Below, one piece after another: positions 1 to 11,249 of a stretch of 64,000 nt of DNA. Under the pieces are notes generated by a model, which did no database searches, was not told the origin of the DNA, and saw only the letters and a list, made by a program, of their open reading frames with translations. The stretch is from Octopus sinensis (lineage: Eukaryota), in assembly GCF_006345805.1 (NCBI RefSeq), contig NC_043013.1, positions 41,106,001 to 41,170,000 of the forward strand. The letters run 5' to 3'. The stretch's first letter is position 1. Every line of letters starts with the position of its first letter. The position numbers and the translations under genes were made by a program.

Positions 1-1677
1 ATGATTAAAAGCCTCTCGTAGGATCAGTGAAGGATGTCGAGCGTTGCGATGAATCGACAACAGCTACGATGCAGGTCGTGCTGGTTGCTTGTACTATTCA
101 CGAATCACCTGGTTTAAACTGTCTACCCTTAGGAGCTATTTGTATACGTGCCAGATTTATTTGCCGGTGTCTTGGTAGATGTCCACTGCAACTAGCAGCA
201 GAACAGATGCACCCTCAAGTTCTTTCAACTGAGTAATAGCGTTGCTAAGAAAGGACTAAGGTAGCGAATACATTTGTCGTTCTTATTACTCTCTAACCAT
301 CGTCTGGAACAGGTTGAAATGTGTGCTTTTGTGGAAAGGACGCGTTCCACATGTCGGGTAGCCCCATTTGTCAAAATGAAACGGCTGGGTATGCCGGGAC
401 TGTGAATGTGCCGAATTTCTTAAACTGAGCAGGTGAGGGTGTCTTTGCGATCACGCCTTTCCGCTTCTCATTTTCTTCAGAGCTGAAGTTCTAGATCAAG
501 CAAATACCAAAACCGAGTGGCTGGCATCTGGAATGTTGCCAGGCTCTCACAGCACCCTTCCAGTCTGGTTATGCGATCGGCAGAACTAGCGTGTCAACGT
601 TATGTGAAAGAATAGCGATGAAGGATGACGACTATCTCGGGAAAACTATTGGCGCCGACGAATAAACTGATAGACCTATACCAGAAAACATAGAAATACT
701 AGTTCCAGAAATCTCTGGTTTAGCCCATTGATACCGAGAGGAGTAGGGACAATCCCCGTTCGAGGTAAATAAAAGCATGGGAGTGCTATCAGCGACGTCT
801 GTGCGAGATGCAAGGAGTAACGTATCTTACGCCACCCAAGATACAAACTTTGTGAGTTTTGTCTAACAGATGGGTCCGTCCTATTCGTGACAACAGCTAT
901 CGTTTAAAATGTCTTCCTACACGCCGTTTATGGTTGAGAATGACTGTTTTTCTCTGCATGGCAGAAGCTGAACGGACAGAAGAGACACTTTACTCTTTGG
1001 TCAAGTCCTCGATTCTTTAAATTTCACTTAGTGAAAAGGAAGGCATGGAAGGAGGTGATACTCCCAGTAAATTCTTTAAAAGGTGGGTAGAAGTAACAAA
1101 AGTACACCCTTATATGTAGCAGTACCTCAACTTTTTATTTACTGGCTCTAAGAGTTGTGAAAAGAGGGCTTTGGAGACATTTTCCCGGTTTGAAACTTCA
1201 GCACATTACTATATTTGATAGTGATACAGTTAAAGGTTGATATTCTCTTATTGCTCCAGCATATCGGTTAAGAAGCCGCGGATTAAAATGAGATGTGATG
1301 TTTATGCCGTCCGTAATTTAATATACGTATGTTAAAGGGGAGCAATTTTTAGAGGAGTGCGGCAGGTCGATTACATCGACCCTAGTACTAGCATGGTGAT
1401 TTATTTTATTGATCCCAAAAGCATGAAAGGCAAATGTGATATCTTGCGGTATTTTAATTCAGAACAAAAATCCAAAACAAACGCCTCTGGGAATTTCGTC
1501 CGGCACTCGAACGATTGTTTCGGCTTGCCACTTTATGCTTTCCCTAATAGTTTTGAAATGGTTATAAAAGGTATTTTTCTAATTGGAGATGGTTTAACTG
1601 GTGTAGTCAGTTCAAGATAACCATTTTCTCACTCACAAAAATATTTCATTCAAAGTGCCAGGTATCGTCTAATAGTG

Positions 1678-1796
1678 TGGAAGCACTCCGTCGGTTACGA
1701 CGACGAGGGTTCCGGTTGATCCGATCAACGGAACAGCCTGCTCGTGAAATTAACGTGTAAGTGGCTGAGCAATCCACTGGGCCATTGCGCCTCCAC
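1678..1796 (-). mobile_element. SINE family B copy, internally deleted (head fused to tail)
   Basis: Tail GGAAGCACTCCGTCGGTTACGACGACGAGGG...GTGGCTGAGCA joined directly to the head CCACTGGGCCATTGCGCCTCCAC; full-length copies lie at 45575-45946 and 57461-57820. Confidence 0.85.
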
Positions 1797-3279
1797 AAGG
1801 TATCGTCTATAATAAACTGCTAAATCATGTTTGTATAAAATGTAAAGTGAAATATATTTTTCATCGAGGGTGAAGATAATGTTTCGATGCAGAGATTGAC
1901 AGATCGATTTCATGCAATATATTTCATTAATCCTGGAATAATGAACGCAAAATTGACGAGATTTTAACTCAAAAGTACGAGACCAATGACAGTCCAACTC
2001 CACTGTGAAAATGGGTAGATCTCTAACAAGGTAATTGTCTGTGAAAAACGATGAAATATGAATATTATATTTTAATTATCAGCTTGACTAAGAAAGTTAA
2101 ATGGATTCGTTAAATTATTTAACCGACCTAATATAACCAGTTTTATTAAAACAAAAAGCTTCGTCACTCCCGGATAAGCTGAGAGTAAAACGAATAAGAA
2201 ATCCTAAAATGAGGTAAACAGGAAAAGTATCAAAAAATTTTAAGGCTGATTCACACGCCACAAAAGCAAAAGAAACACTACAGTGAGAAAGTTACTATTT
2301 GCAATTACCGTTGACTAATTTGTTTCGTAATTATAAAATACCTGTAATAAAAACTAGTTGGGAACTAAGACGCGGAAATTAGGTTTTTAGAAATGACGTG
2401 CAACATCTTGAAATCTACCAATAATTCATGGACCGTATCAAATTGGATCATATAGATCTAGCAACGCGTGACTATCTCAACATTTAATATATTAACTTAT
2501 TGTAATATATTTGATAGCTGGTCAGGTTTTCTTAAAATCTCGCCATTCCTAATTGGAAAAGTTTCCCTAAAATATAACTTCAGACGGTGGAATGCTTTAT
2601 CAAACATCAGATGGGAAATATACTCCCACGACAAATACCATAAAAAAAACACGAACCATGATCGGATTAAAATCTTGAAAATCGCCTCCTAACCTCTTAC
2701 AACCATTTGGAGGAAACCCATTTCATGTAAATTATCTGCATTAACCCGCATCTAGAACTTTAAGCAAGTTCCGTCAAAAACTATGATAATTTATTCATAA
2801 GCTCTGATATGACCCAAAATTTAGAGAAAAGTATACTACATATCTTTTTCTGATACGGTGTCCAGTTATAAAACGTCTTGTCATGAAGTCCTAAGCAATA
2901 CCCATAAGGTAGCTAATGATTTATGTACCCCACTAGAAATTGATAGAATGGTCACCATCAAAGCCTACCGAACCCCTTTTACTTCAGGAAAAAAAAATTA
3001 TAGTAATATTTCAACATTAAATCAATCTATTCAAATCTAATATGGGGATAATTAGCAAACCAACGTTGGATTCTATTCTACCATCTAAGGGCAAATCACG
3101 ACGCCATTATAGAGTAACTAAAATTGTCAGTTTATATTTATAACCGGTAAAAAAAACTCATTTGCAATTCGTCATTTGTGATTATCACTGTAAAGTACTA
3201 ATTACTCGTGATTGGCATCGGATTCGACACCTCGTCTACATCTCTCCCATCAAAGTGGAATAATACTTATAATGGTTTT

Positions 3280-4115
3280 AATTTTTGGCACAAGGCCCGA
3301 AATTTCGGGAGAAAGGATAAATCGATCTTATCGACCCTAGTGTTCAACTGCTACATATTTTACTGACCCCTAAAGAATTTAAAGGCAAAATCGACCCCGA
3401 ATAAAATCGGACGAAATGCCGCTAAGCATTTTGCCCAGCGTGCTTACGACTGCCAACTCACCGCCTTATAATGGTTTCAAATATTGGTTCAAGGCCAGCC
3501 ATTTTGGGGGAGGGGGTTAGTCGATGGAATCGATTTCCGTGTTCAAACTGGTACGTATTTTATCGACCCCAAAAAGATGAAAGGCAAAAATCAACCCCGG
3601 TGGAATCTGACCTCAAAACGTAGCGACAGGCCAAATATCACCAAGTATTTCGCCCGGCGTGCTAACGATTCCGTCAGTTCACCGCCTTCCGTTATTTTAT
3701 AAGGCCATCTGGATGAAGAAGCACAGCAACGAACGCTTCGAGGTTACTATAGTGTAGGAATGACCTGGTTAAAATTAGTGACCTTGGGGTTTTATACACG
3801 ACTTGAATTTTCATAGGATTACAACAAGACGATTGCTTGCAATTGAGGAACACCTACCCCACTGCTAATCTACTGAGATTCCGTAAAGACTTCTCGTATA
3901 TGGTTTCAAATTTTGGGAAAAGACCAGCAACTTTAGAGATGAAGCTAATCGATTACAACGATTCCAGTGCTCGATTGGTCCTTTATTTTATCGACTCCAA
4001 AACGATAAAAAGGCAAAGTTGACCCCGGTAGTATTTGAATTCTGAGCGTGAAGATGGACGAAATGCCGCCAAGCAATTTACCCGGCATGCTAACGATTGT
4101 GCCAGCTCACCGCTT
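3280..4115 (-). mobile_element. Cluster of about three decayed SINE family C copies
   Basis: Repeated motifs TTTATCGACCCC..AAGATGAAAGGCAAA..GACC and GCATTTCGCCCGGCGTGCTAACGATT..GCCAGCTCACCGCC match the intact copies at 51372-51690. Confidence 0.75.
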
Positions 4116-4769
4116 TAGTAGATACATATATTAAAGAACTCCAACAACTCCACTGAAACTCTTCATGTCTGAATGATAAATTCTATGTTCTTAAGTGATA
4201 CCTCAAAATTACGATTTAGGATCAATGGAAAGCATACAAGAGAATCTTTCTGAATGTGCGCGAGATTTATCCGTTGAAATTTAGTCAAAAGAAACTAGCT
4301 TTCTTTACCTAACTGATCACCTTAGAATACAGTTAGGAACGTTTCCCGAAGAACTTCAGACTAACAAACACCGCTACCCCTTATGCCTACTTCCAGGTAA
4401 GAAAGAGAAAGAGTTGATATTCTAGGTGGGCACATCTTCAAAAGAACCAATTTTCCGAAAATTATTCCAAACCATTGCTTGAAGCAAAATTAATCGCTTT
4501 GATCAAATTCGTAGGTCTTTATACGCAAATTCGTTCCGGAACGAGAAGTTATTGCTAAAGACAAATTTTAATCTAAACAGTATTAAAATGCAAAATACTG
4601 ATATTTAATTTTGGTAAGAGTAGAAATTCATTCAAGGCTGGCCGAGGAAAGTGGCCTTGTAAATGGAGTGAGGATTTGACGAGCAAAAACAGTTCACTAC
4701 TGCATAGCAGGTTGTATAGAGATTACAACACACTAAGGACTTGTCTGTCATAAGCTGTAGGACCAATAA

Positions 4770-4960
4770 AACCCTAGTCTAATTCGGTTTCCATAGTATT
4801 TAACTGGTTGCCAGTTTATCACAGGGTTAACTTCCCGGGAATTGCTGGAATTCATTTCCAGCTGAGTGGACTGAAGCAACATGAAATTAAGTGTTTTGTT
4901 CAGGAATACAAGCACCGCCCCGTCCGGAAATTGAAAACGCAATCTTGTCATGAAGGCAAC
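4770..4960. mobile_element. Decayed tRNA-derived SINE fragment of another family
   Basis: CAGCTGAGTGGACTGAAGCAACATGAAATTAAGTGTTTTGTTCAGGA...GGAAATTGAAA is similar to the fragment at about 35380-35500. Confidence 0.5.
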
Positions 4961-5319
4961 AACCTAACCTCATGATCACATGTCTACATCGTAAAAACTA
5001 AACGAAAACTTCCTTTACATATATAATGCATAGTCTGCTGCTAAGAAAACCCACAACTTTCACTTCATGAAAATCCACCTTCAGACAAACACTAGATCTT
5101 AACATCTCAAACTACTATATCACCATTCAGCCTAGCAGAACGAAATATCGAAAGAAATAGCTGCAACATCAATAGCTTCACTATGCTGCGATGCACATCA
5201 TTAACATATGCAGAAGAATAGCTTAAGCGCTGGCTGAATCTACCTTATCCGTCTGCTGTTATCACCTGCAGAAACTGATGGTTTAGTGAAAAAATTATAT
5301 GGTTAATGGACAATATGTC

Positions 5320-5470
5320 CAATTTTTCGGCATTAGAATTTTTTTCCTTTGCCCTCATTTATGAATTGTTCATAAATTTAACCGTTAAAGGTATTTTTTA
5401 ATATGCTGGCCATTGATAAAATTCTTTTCGAGAAAATACTTTTTTTCGAAAAGAATTTTATCCTCACATT
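5320..5470 (-). repeat. Old, diverged fragment of the 470-bp repeat unit seen at 38428-39314
   Basis: The reverse complement aligns by eye to ATAGGATAAAATT...TATCAATGGCCAGCATAT...GGGCA...AATTCTAATGCC of the 470-bp unit. Confidence 0.7.
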
Positions 5471-6212
5471 TGATATATATGTATATATATATATATATCG
5501 TACATATTTCTCTTGAAATAAAATTTTTTAAAGGAATCCTTCGAAAAGTGGCTAACTATTCTAAATTCATCCGAGAATAATGCACGGAAAAAGATGAAGC
5601 TGCCCTTTGTGCATATGAAGAAATATCTAAATTACACCCACAACCAACACGTGCGAACGAACGAACACTCCTGTATCCGAGTAGAATAAATTGTTATAAA
5701 GACAATTTGAAAGTCTCGATTCTCATGTTTTCAGTGAACGCTTCGTTACGTATAAAATCTTTATAACATTTCGCATACAAAAATCGATATAAGTTTTAAA
5801 ATATTTTGACATTAAGTAAACAGAGTAACACAATAAATCCAATAACTTGCTCAATATCATTGCATTCTTTTATTTACGATATTTAGCAGATATGAACTGA
5901 AGGCGTGATAATGAAAGCATCAATAGCACTAATATAGGATACAGAACTGAAGCTATATTGACCATATTTCTAAGCTGTATCATTCACCTCTTCACATTTA
6001 CATACAAAAAGTTACTTTTAACTTTTTGAAGTATTAAGGTTTGACACCCGAGTCGCACCGAAGGTAGAGATAAGAGAAAGGTCTTTACCCAGCAGCTGAA
6101 GGGCTAATAGCTGGTTTGATTGATTCAATCGTACTAGGTTGGAAATTAAGGATATGCTAACCATTGAAAATGTCTGCTGGTTAGGAAAGCAGTTGCGCGC
6201 ATTATATATATA

Positions 6213-7952
6213 TTTTTTCTCTAGTTTCAGCACAGAGCTGCGGCCATGCTGATGCACCGCCGTTTTGAGCTACACTGTTATTACGAAGAACCTCGTCTAA
6301 TATGTGGCACTTGGTGAAGAGTGGAGTTTGATATAGCTACTATCATTTGCACCTCTTGCCTGAGGTAGGTTCATCTGGGACTCTCGACAGGAAGATGTCC
6401 AGCTTTGATTTAAAAACCGCTACATCTACTTTATGCAAGTTCCTCAGACTCTTTGGGAGAATATTAAAAAGCTGTGGGCTCTTGAAACCCAGGCTGTTGT
6501 AGAAGCTGGTCTTGAAGCGTGATGGCATTGCTGGGATCTTTGGCACTATGCAGTGTCGTCCCGTTCTAGCATTGGTGTAGCTTACAAGGCCAAAATTTGG
6601 CACAATTCCTTCCAGGATCTTCCAGACATATATTACTGCATACCTCTCCCGTCTTCTCTCCAGGGAGTAGAGTCTTAGCTGTTTCAACCTTTCCCAGTAG
6701 CTGAGCTGTTGCAAAAAGACGATCTTCTTTGTGAATCTTCTCTGTATTGCTTCAAGGTCCGCTGTTAATTTTACACTGGTGGGTGACCATAGCTGTGAGC
6801 AGTAATCCAGGCAGCTGAGGACGAATGTCCGCCAGAGGACCATCATGGTTTCCTTATCTCTGGTTCTGAATGTTCTTAGGATCCACCCAGCCAGTCGTCT
6901 GCACTTTGTCGCCATCCTGGTAATGTGCACTTGGAAAGAGGTATCATCACTCATGTCGATACCCAGGTCCCTCACAGACAGTCTCTGGGATTGAAATTCC
7001 CTGTGGACCGGTGTATCCTGTAAGTTTAATATTTAGTTTTGGATGCTGGTAGCGCAGGGCCTGGAATTTTTCAGCATTAAACTGCATATTATTATCCTCA
7101 GCCCATCTGTAGATTGAGTCCAACTCCTGCTGCAGGTGTGCAACATCGCTGGGGTTCTGTATTTTCTGCGAGACTTTCGTATCGTCTGCATAGCTGGCCA
7201 GAGTGGCTATCCGGGCATATTTGAGAGGGCCACTATAAAAAGCAGTGGTCCCAAGACAGTGCCCTGTGGAACACCGCTCACTATTTGTGTGTTCATAGAG
7301 GTGGCTCCATTAACCACTACTGCCTGACTCCTATCTTTCAGGAAGTCATGCAACCACACCAAGTTTTCCAGCTATGCCGAGGTCACGCAGTTTGTGGCAT
7401 ATCATACCATGATCCACCTTGTCAAAAGCTTTTGCAAAATCAAGGTAGATTACATCCACATTTGATTTGTTGAGTAACTGCCTCAACACTCAGTCATAAT
7501 GCTGTAAGAGCTGGGTCAGGCAGCTCCTACCTGGTCGAAAACCATGCTGGGTATCACTCAGCAAGTTATTTTCCTCAAGGAATGCGATTAGTTTCTTTCT
7601 GACTATCCTTTCCATGACTTTGCTGATGTGTGAAGTCGGAGAGATAGGCTTATAGTTTTTGGCATCTGCTCTACTTCCCCCTTTATGTATTGGGCATATT
7701 ATTCCCTCCTTCAGCTTGCTTGGCAGTTTGCCATTCGCAAGAAAGTTCTGGAAGAGAATCTTGAGGGGTTTTGCCAGGGCATGCTTACACGCTTTGAGGA
7801 GGATGGCTGGGAAACCATCTGGACCAGCAGCTGAGTGTGTCAACTTCATCTATGGCTAGTAGGACATCTTTTTCGCTAACGTCAATACATTCTATTGTAA
7901 CCGCCTCGCTGGTTATAGGTGAGGCGGCAAAGAAGTCCACTGGTTCGTTCAC
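6213..7952 (-). mobile_element. 5'-truncated non-LTR retrotransposon (CR1/L2-type LINE): ORF2 RT domain plus 3' UTR
   Basis: Minus-strand translation gives AAGPDGFPAILLK, NYKPISPTSHISKVMERIV, QHGFRPGRSCLTQLL, DVIYLDFAKAFDKVDHG, GVPQGTVLGPLLF, YADD (7181-7192), LGIDMSDDTSF...LDYCSQLWSP...LYSLERRRER. Lesions: premature TGA at 7490-7492 and frameshifts near 7211 and 7850. The ORF ends at 6343, followed by a 3' UTR of about 130 bp. Confidence 0.95.
6343..7952 (-). pseudogene. Disrupted LINE reverse transcriptase coding region
   Basis: ORF-track pieces 7785-7982, 7490-7849 and 6343-6975 are collinear parts of one RT; manual translation fills 6976-7489. Confidence 0.9.
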
Positions 7953-8019
7953 TTGAATATACATACATTTACACACATGCATTCTCAGAGAAGTCTTTGT
8001 CTTGCAAGTTGCTTTGTGA

Positions 8020-8200
8020 CCCCAGTGGTGCTGGTGCTATGTAAAAAAAGCACCCAATATATTCTAAAGTGGCTGGCATGCGGAAGGGTAGTACCCAGTG
8101 GCAGAAACTATGCCAAAGCAGACACTGGAGCCTGGTGCAGCTCTAGCTCCTCCAAAACTATCCACCACAAGCCAGCATGGAAAACAGACATTAAATGATA
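8020..8200 (+). mobile_element. Decayed SINE family D 3' portion (RTE-like tail)
   Basis: GTGCTGGTGCTATGTAAAAAAAGCACCCA...GGAAGGG...AACTATGCCAAAGCAGACACTGGAG...CAAGCCAGCATGGAAAACAGACATTAAATGAT resembles a common octopus repeat (from recall). Confidence 0.55.
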
Positions 8201-8446
8201 GACAGACAGGCAGGCAGGCATGCCCGTTAAAATTTTTACCAGGAAAATTAAGACATTTGAAATTTCAGCTTGCTCATCTTTGGCACTGACGAAGGCAAGC
8301 AAGGTGAAAATTCTAAATCAGACAAACTTTTCCTTGTAATAGTTTAATGTATTCTAGAAAGTACTGGGTAACCTTTCAGTTTAATGTTAAATTATCTTTA
8401 CATGTAACCTGACAAACAATAACGTATATAGATCTACGCATGTATA

Positions 8447-8670
8447 TACGAGGGCGAGTCAGAGTAATGAATTTTTTATTGGCATCGATATTTGAATCAC
8501 TCGAACCACTTTCATGTTCCTGTAACTGCCCTGACAGTTTTCCCGCCATCTTTTTGAACTGGGGTAACCAGCTATCTTCCAACAGTAAGACATCTGTTCC
8601 TACCTCTCTATTTACCTGGCATATGCTTCGTTTGAAATACTCGACTCCGGAAAGATAAGGGAACTTCACC
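8447..8670 (-). mobile_element. Possible mariner 3' end remnant
   Basis: Starts TA-CGAGGG, a mariner-type TIR start; the minus-strand peptide only weakly resembles a transposase C-terminus. Confidence 0.35.
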
Positions 8671-11249
8671 TCAGAGTTCTAAACGAAACTAAATACAGCA
8701 AAATATTTAGTCTAGCCCTCCGATTCCAAATAATCAGAAATATTAAATAGAACGTTGTGTTAAGAACCAATACACAACAATGTGACATCTGCTGAGCATC
8801 TGTATTTAAGAAAGTGCAATGAAAAAGTGGTATAACCAGTCAGTTACAATATGAAAATTGTTTGAATCTAATCCTTATAGAAATACAAAAGAGGTGAAGA
8901 ATTATTACACTCATACAAAATGGTTAAATATTGAAATAAACTATAGGCACAGGTCCGGAGATGGGGCTCTGGGAAGAGCTAGTACCTTTGGTGCCCATCA
9001 CGCTACTCCCTACCTGGTGAGGTGGATGGGCATACCTGGCTCTCACTCACCCACTAAATCTCGTGTGCTGACTCAGAGTGCCACATCCCGGTACATCGTA
9101 CCAGCTGACGATATAAAGCATGAGATGTTGGGGTTGACAGCACCACTAGGCGGGTAGAGGTGCTGCAACCACAGCCGAGGAGCCTCAAGACCATGTGTCA
9201 AGACATGAGATAGGAATCTCAAAACTGAAAGCGAGTCATGATACTTCGTGGGCCTCTGCTAGCAGTCAGACAGTTCCACTCAGTCTTTCTTAAATGCAAG
9301 TTGTGGGCTCCAGGTTAGCACCTTGCTCCAGGAAAATCCCCAAGCTATGAAATATAGTCTAATATGTAAAAATATGGCAGCAGTCGTAAACGATGCATTA
9401 AGAGGGCTGCTGACTTATGCTACTGGACTACTTTGACTGCCTCATGCTCTACTCAACACAGGAGCACCCAAGTCACAAGTCCTTCATTTAGGGATGGGGA
9501 TGAGGAAATCGATTTTTTTCCGATTCCTAGTAATTGATTGGTACTTTATTTTATCGACTCTTAGAAAAATGAGAGTTAATTTCGGAAATTTGACCTCAAT
9601 AGGAGGCGTAACCAAGTACAAGATATTTAATTCAACTCTTTGGTAATACACTGCCAATGCAAATTAAATATTAGTGACTAACCAGTAATTTAATGAGGAT
9701 CCAGAACGTAATGGAAACGCCAAGGACTGAAATCAGCCGACTGAAAGATCTGTTATCAAAACCAGTCTGTAGTTGAGAAACCTTGTGAAATTCGAACTCA
9801 GCACTGCAAGCTAATGAAACAGTATGAAAGTACTTCATTTCTTATGGTTGTCCACTGAATTCGACGATGACCATCTTCGAATGAATACAACTTCTGGACA
9901 AATACAGGCACGGACAAACTCCAAATAAAAGAGTACTGTAGAGAAATTTAAACGGAGTTGTCAAATGAATGGGTTTTTGTTTTTACTACGAAAGGGAAAA
10001 ACCGATAAGGATTTCGAAATAATATGTACAAGTTCGGTTTTTAAAACAACTGCTCATGTTTAAAGACAAAAACCAAATGTTACTTGCATTTCTTTAACAA
10101 ACTAAAATGCAGAAAAATGTAAGGTTGAGCCCGACTTCATCTTATACAGTGAATTAGGTAACCCCCAGAGATAAATTTCACCTGCTCAGGGTGTCGATCG
10201 AACCCAAGTGCGTTCCAATTTCCCTTTCTCTTTATCCAATTTTTTAGAAGAGTAAATATCCGAAATGTTAATGACATTTCCTCCCTTCCCTCATTTTCTG
10301 AACGTCACACTTATACCAAATTGTTTAATTTTCCCCCAGTCTTTGGACTGTATTTTTCGTAACTTGCTTCAAATTTACAGATTCTGGATTTATAGATTTT
10401 TTTCAATAACTTAAAATATGAAGCAAATTTAATGCCCGTTTGTAAAATACGTGTATTTCTTTCTGCCACTGTAATTTTCTTTTCTACCATATTACTAATG
10501 GAGTGATTTAGGAGACTGCATTTAATTCTTGTATAAATATATTTTACATTTTCTCGTCTGTTTTTCTATGGTAAATGCCTAAACTTAAATCGCAAACAAA
10601 ACAGTTTTGAGTTAATATATTTAAGAGAATTAAACTGCTGACAGAATATGCGGCGGAGAATTCGTCACCATCGCCAAAAGAATATCTTGAAAGAGTCCAG
10701 ATAAAGGAAGCATAAATATCAAATTTAAAATATTAAGAAATATGCAAATCCTTAACTATACAACTGACGCGATAGAAGTTAAAATGAAATGACAAACATT
10801 TCAGAAAAACTTAACGCATTACGAAGTTACGCTTTAAGTGTTTTAAAGACACTAGAAAATAGTTTTCTGTCAAAGAAAAGTTTGCCAGGTCATGTAAACA
10901 GCATTGGAGAATGAAGAGATTTTAAAAGGCATTTGAGGTAGCGGTTTACCGAGTTCCAAATAGAATTATCTAGCATTGTTAATGCAGCGATTGTCACGAA
11001 ATGTCAACTAAATCAAGAATTAGGATCTTGTCGATATCCCATTCCAGGACAAGAGATTAATAAGTGATCGTGTAGTGAAACGTGATTGCTTCAGTGCTTG
11101 TAGTTAAAAAAAAAAGACTAAGAATAAAGACCCATACCCTCTTCAGAGACAACTCACTTGACTAGACGGACGAAATTACTCTCAAACAGGAGAGTTGAAC
11201 TGATCAGTGTTAGAGACATGCTGTATAAAAGCCCCAAATTAATATTTTC

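Noticed and set aside
1-1300. Higher-GC segment that looked coding or TE-derived
   Set aside because: The frames I translated have frequent stops and no recognisable motif; it cannot be assigned without a database search.
4160-4560. Possible Penelope RT remnant (ETSFLYLT-like peptide)
   Set aside because: Only a weak resemblance in one short stretch, with stops; insufficient support.
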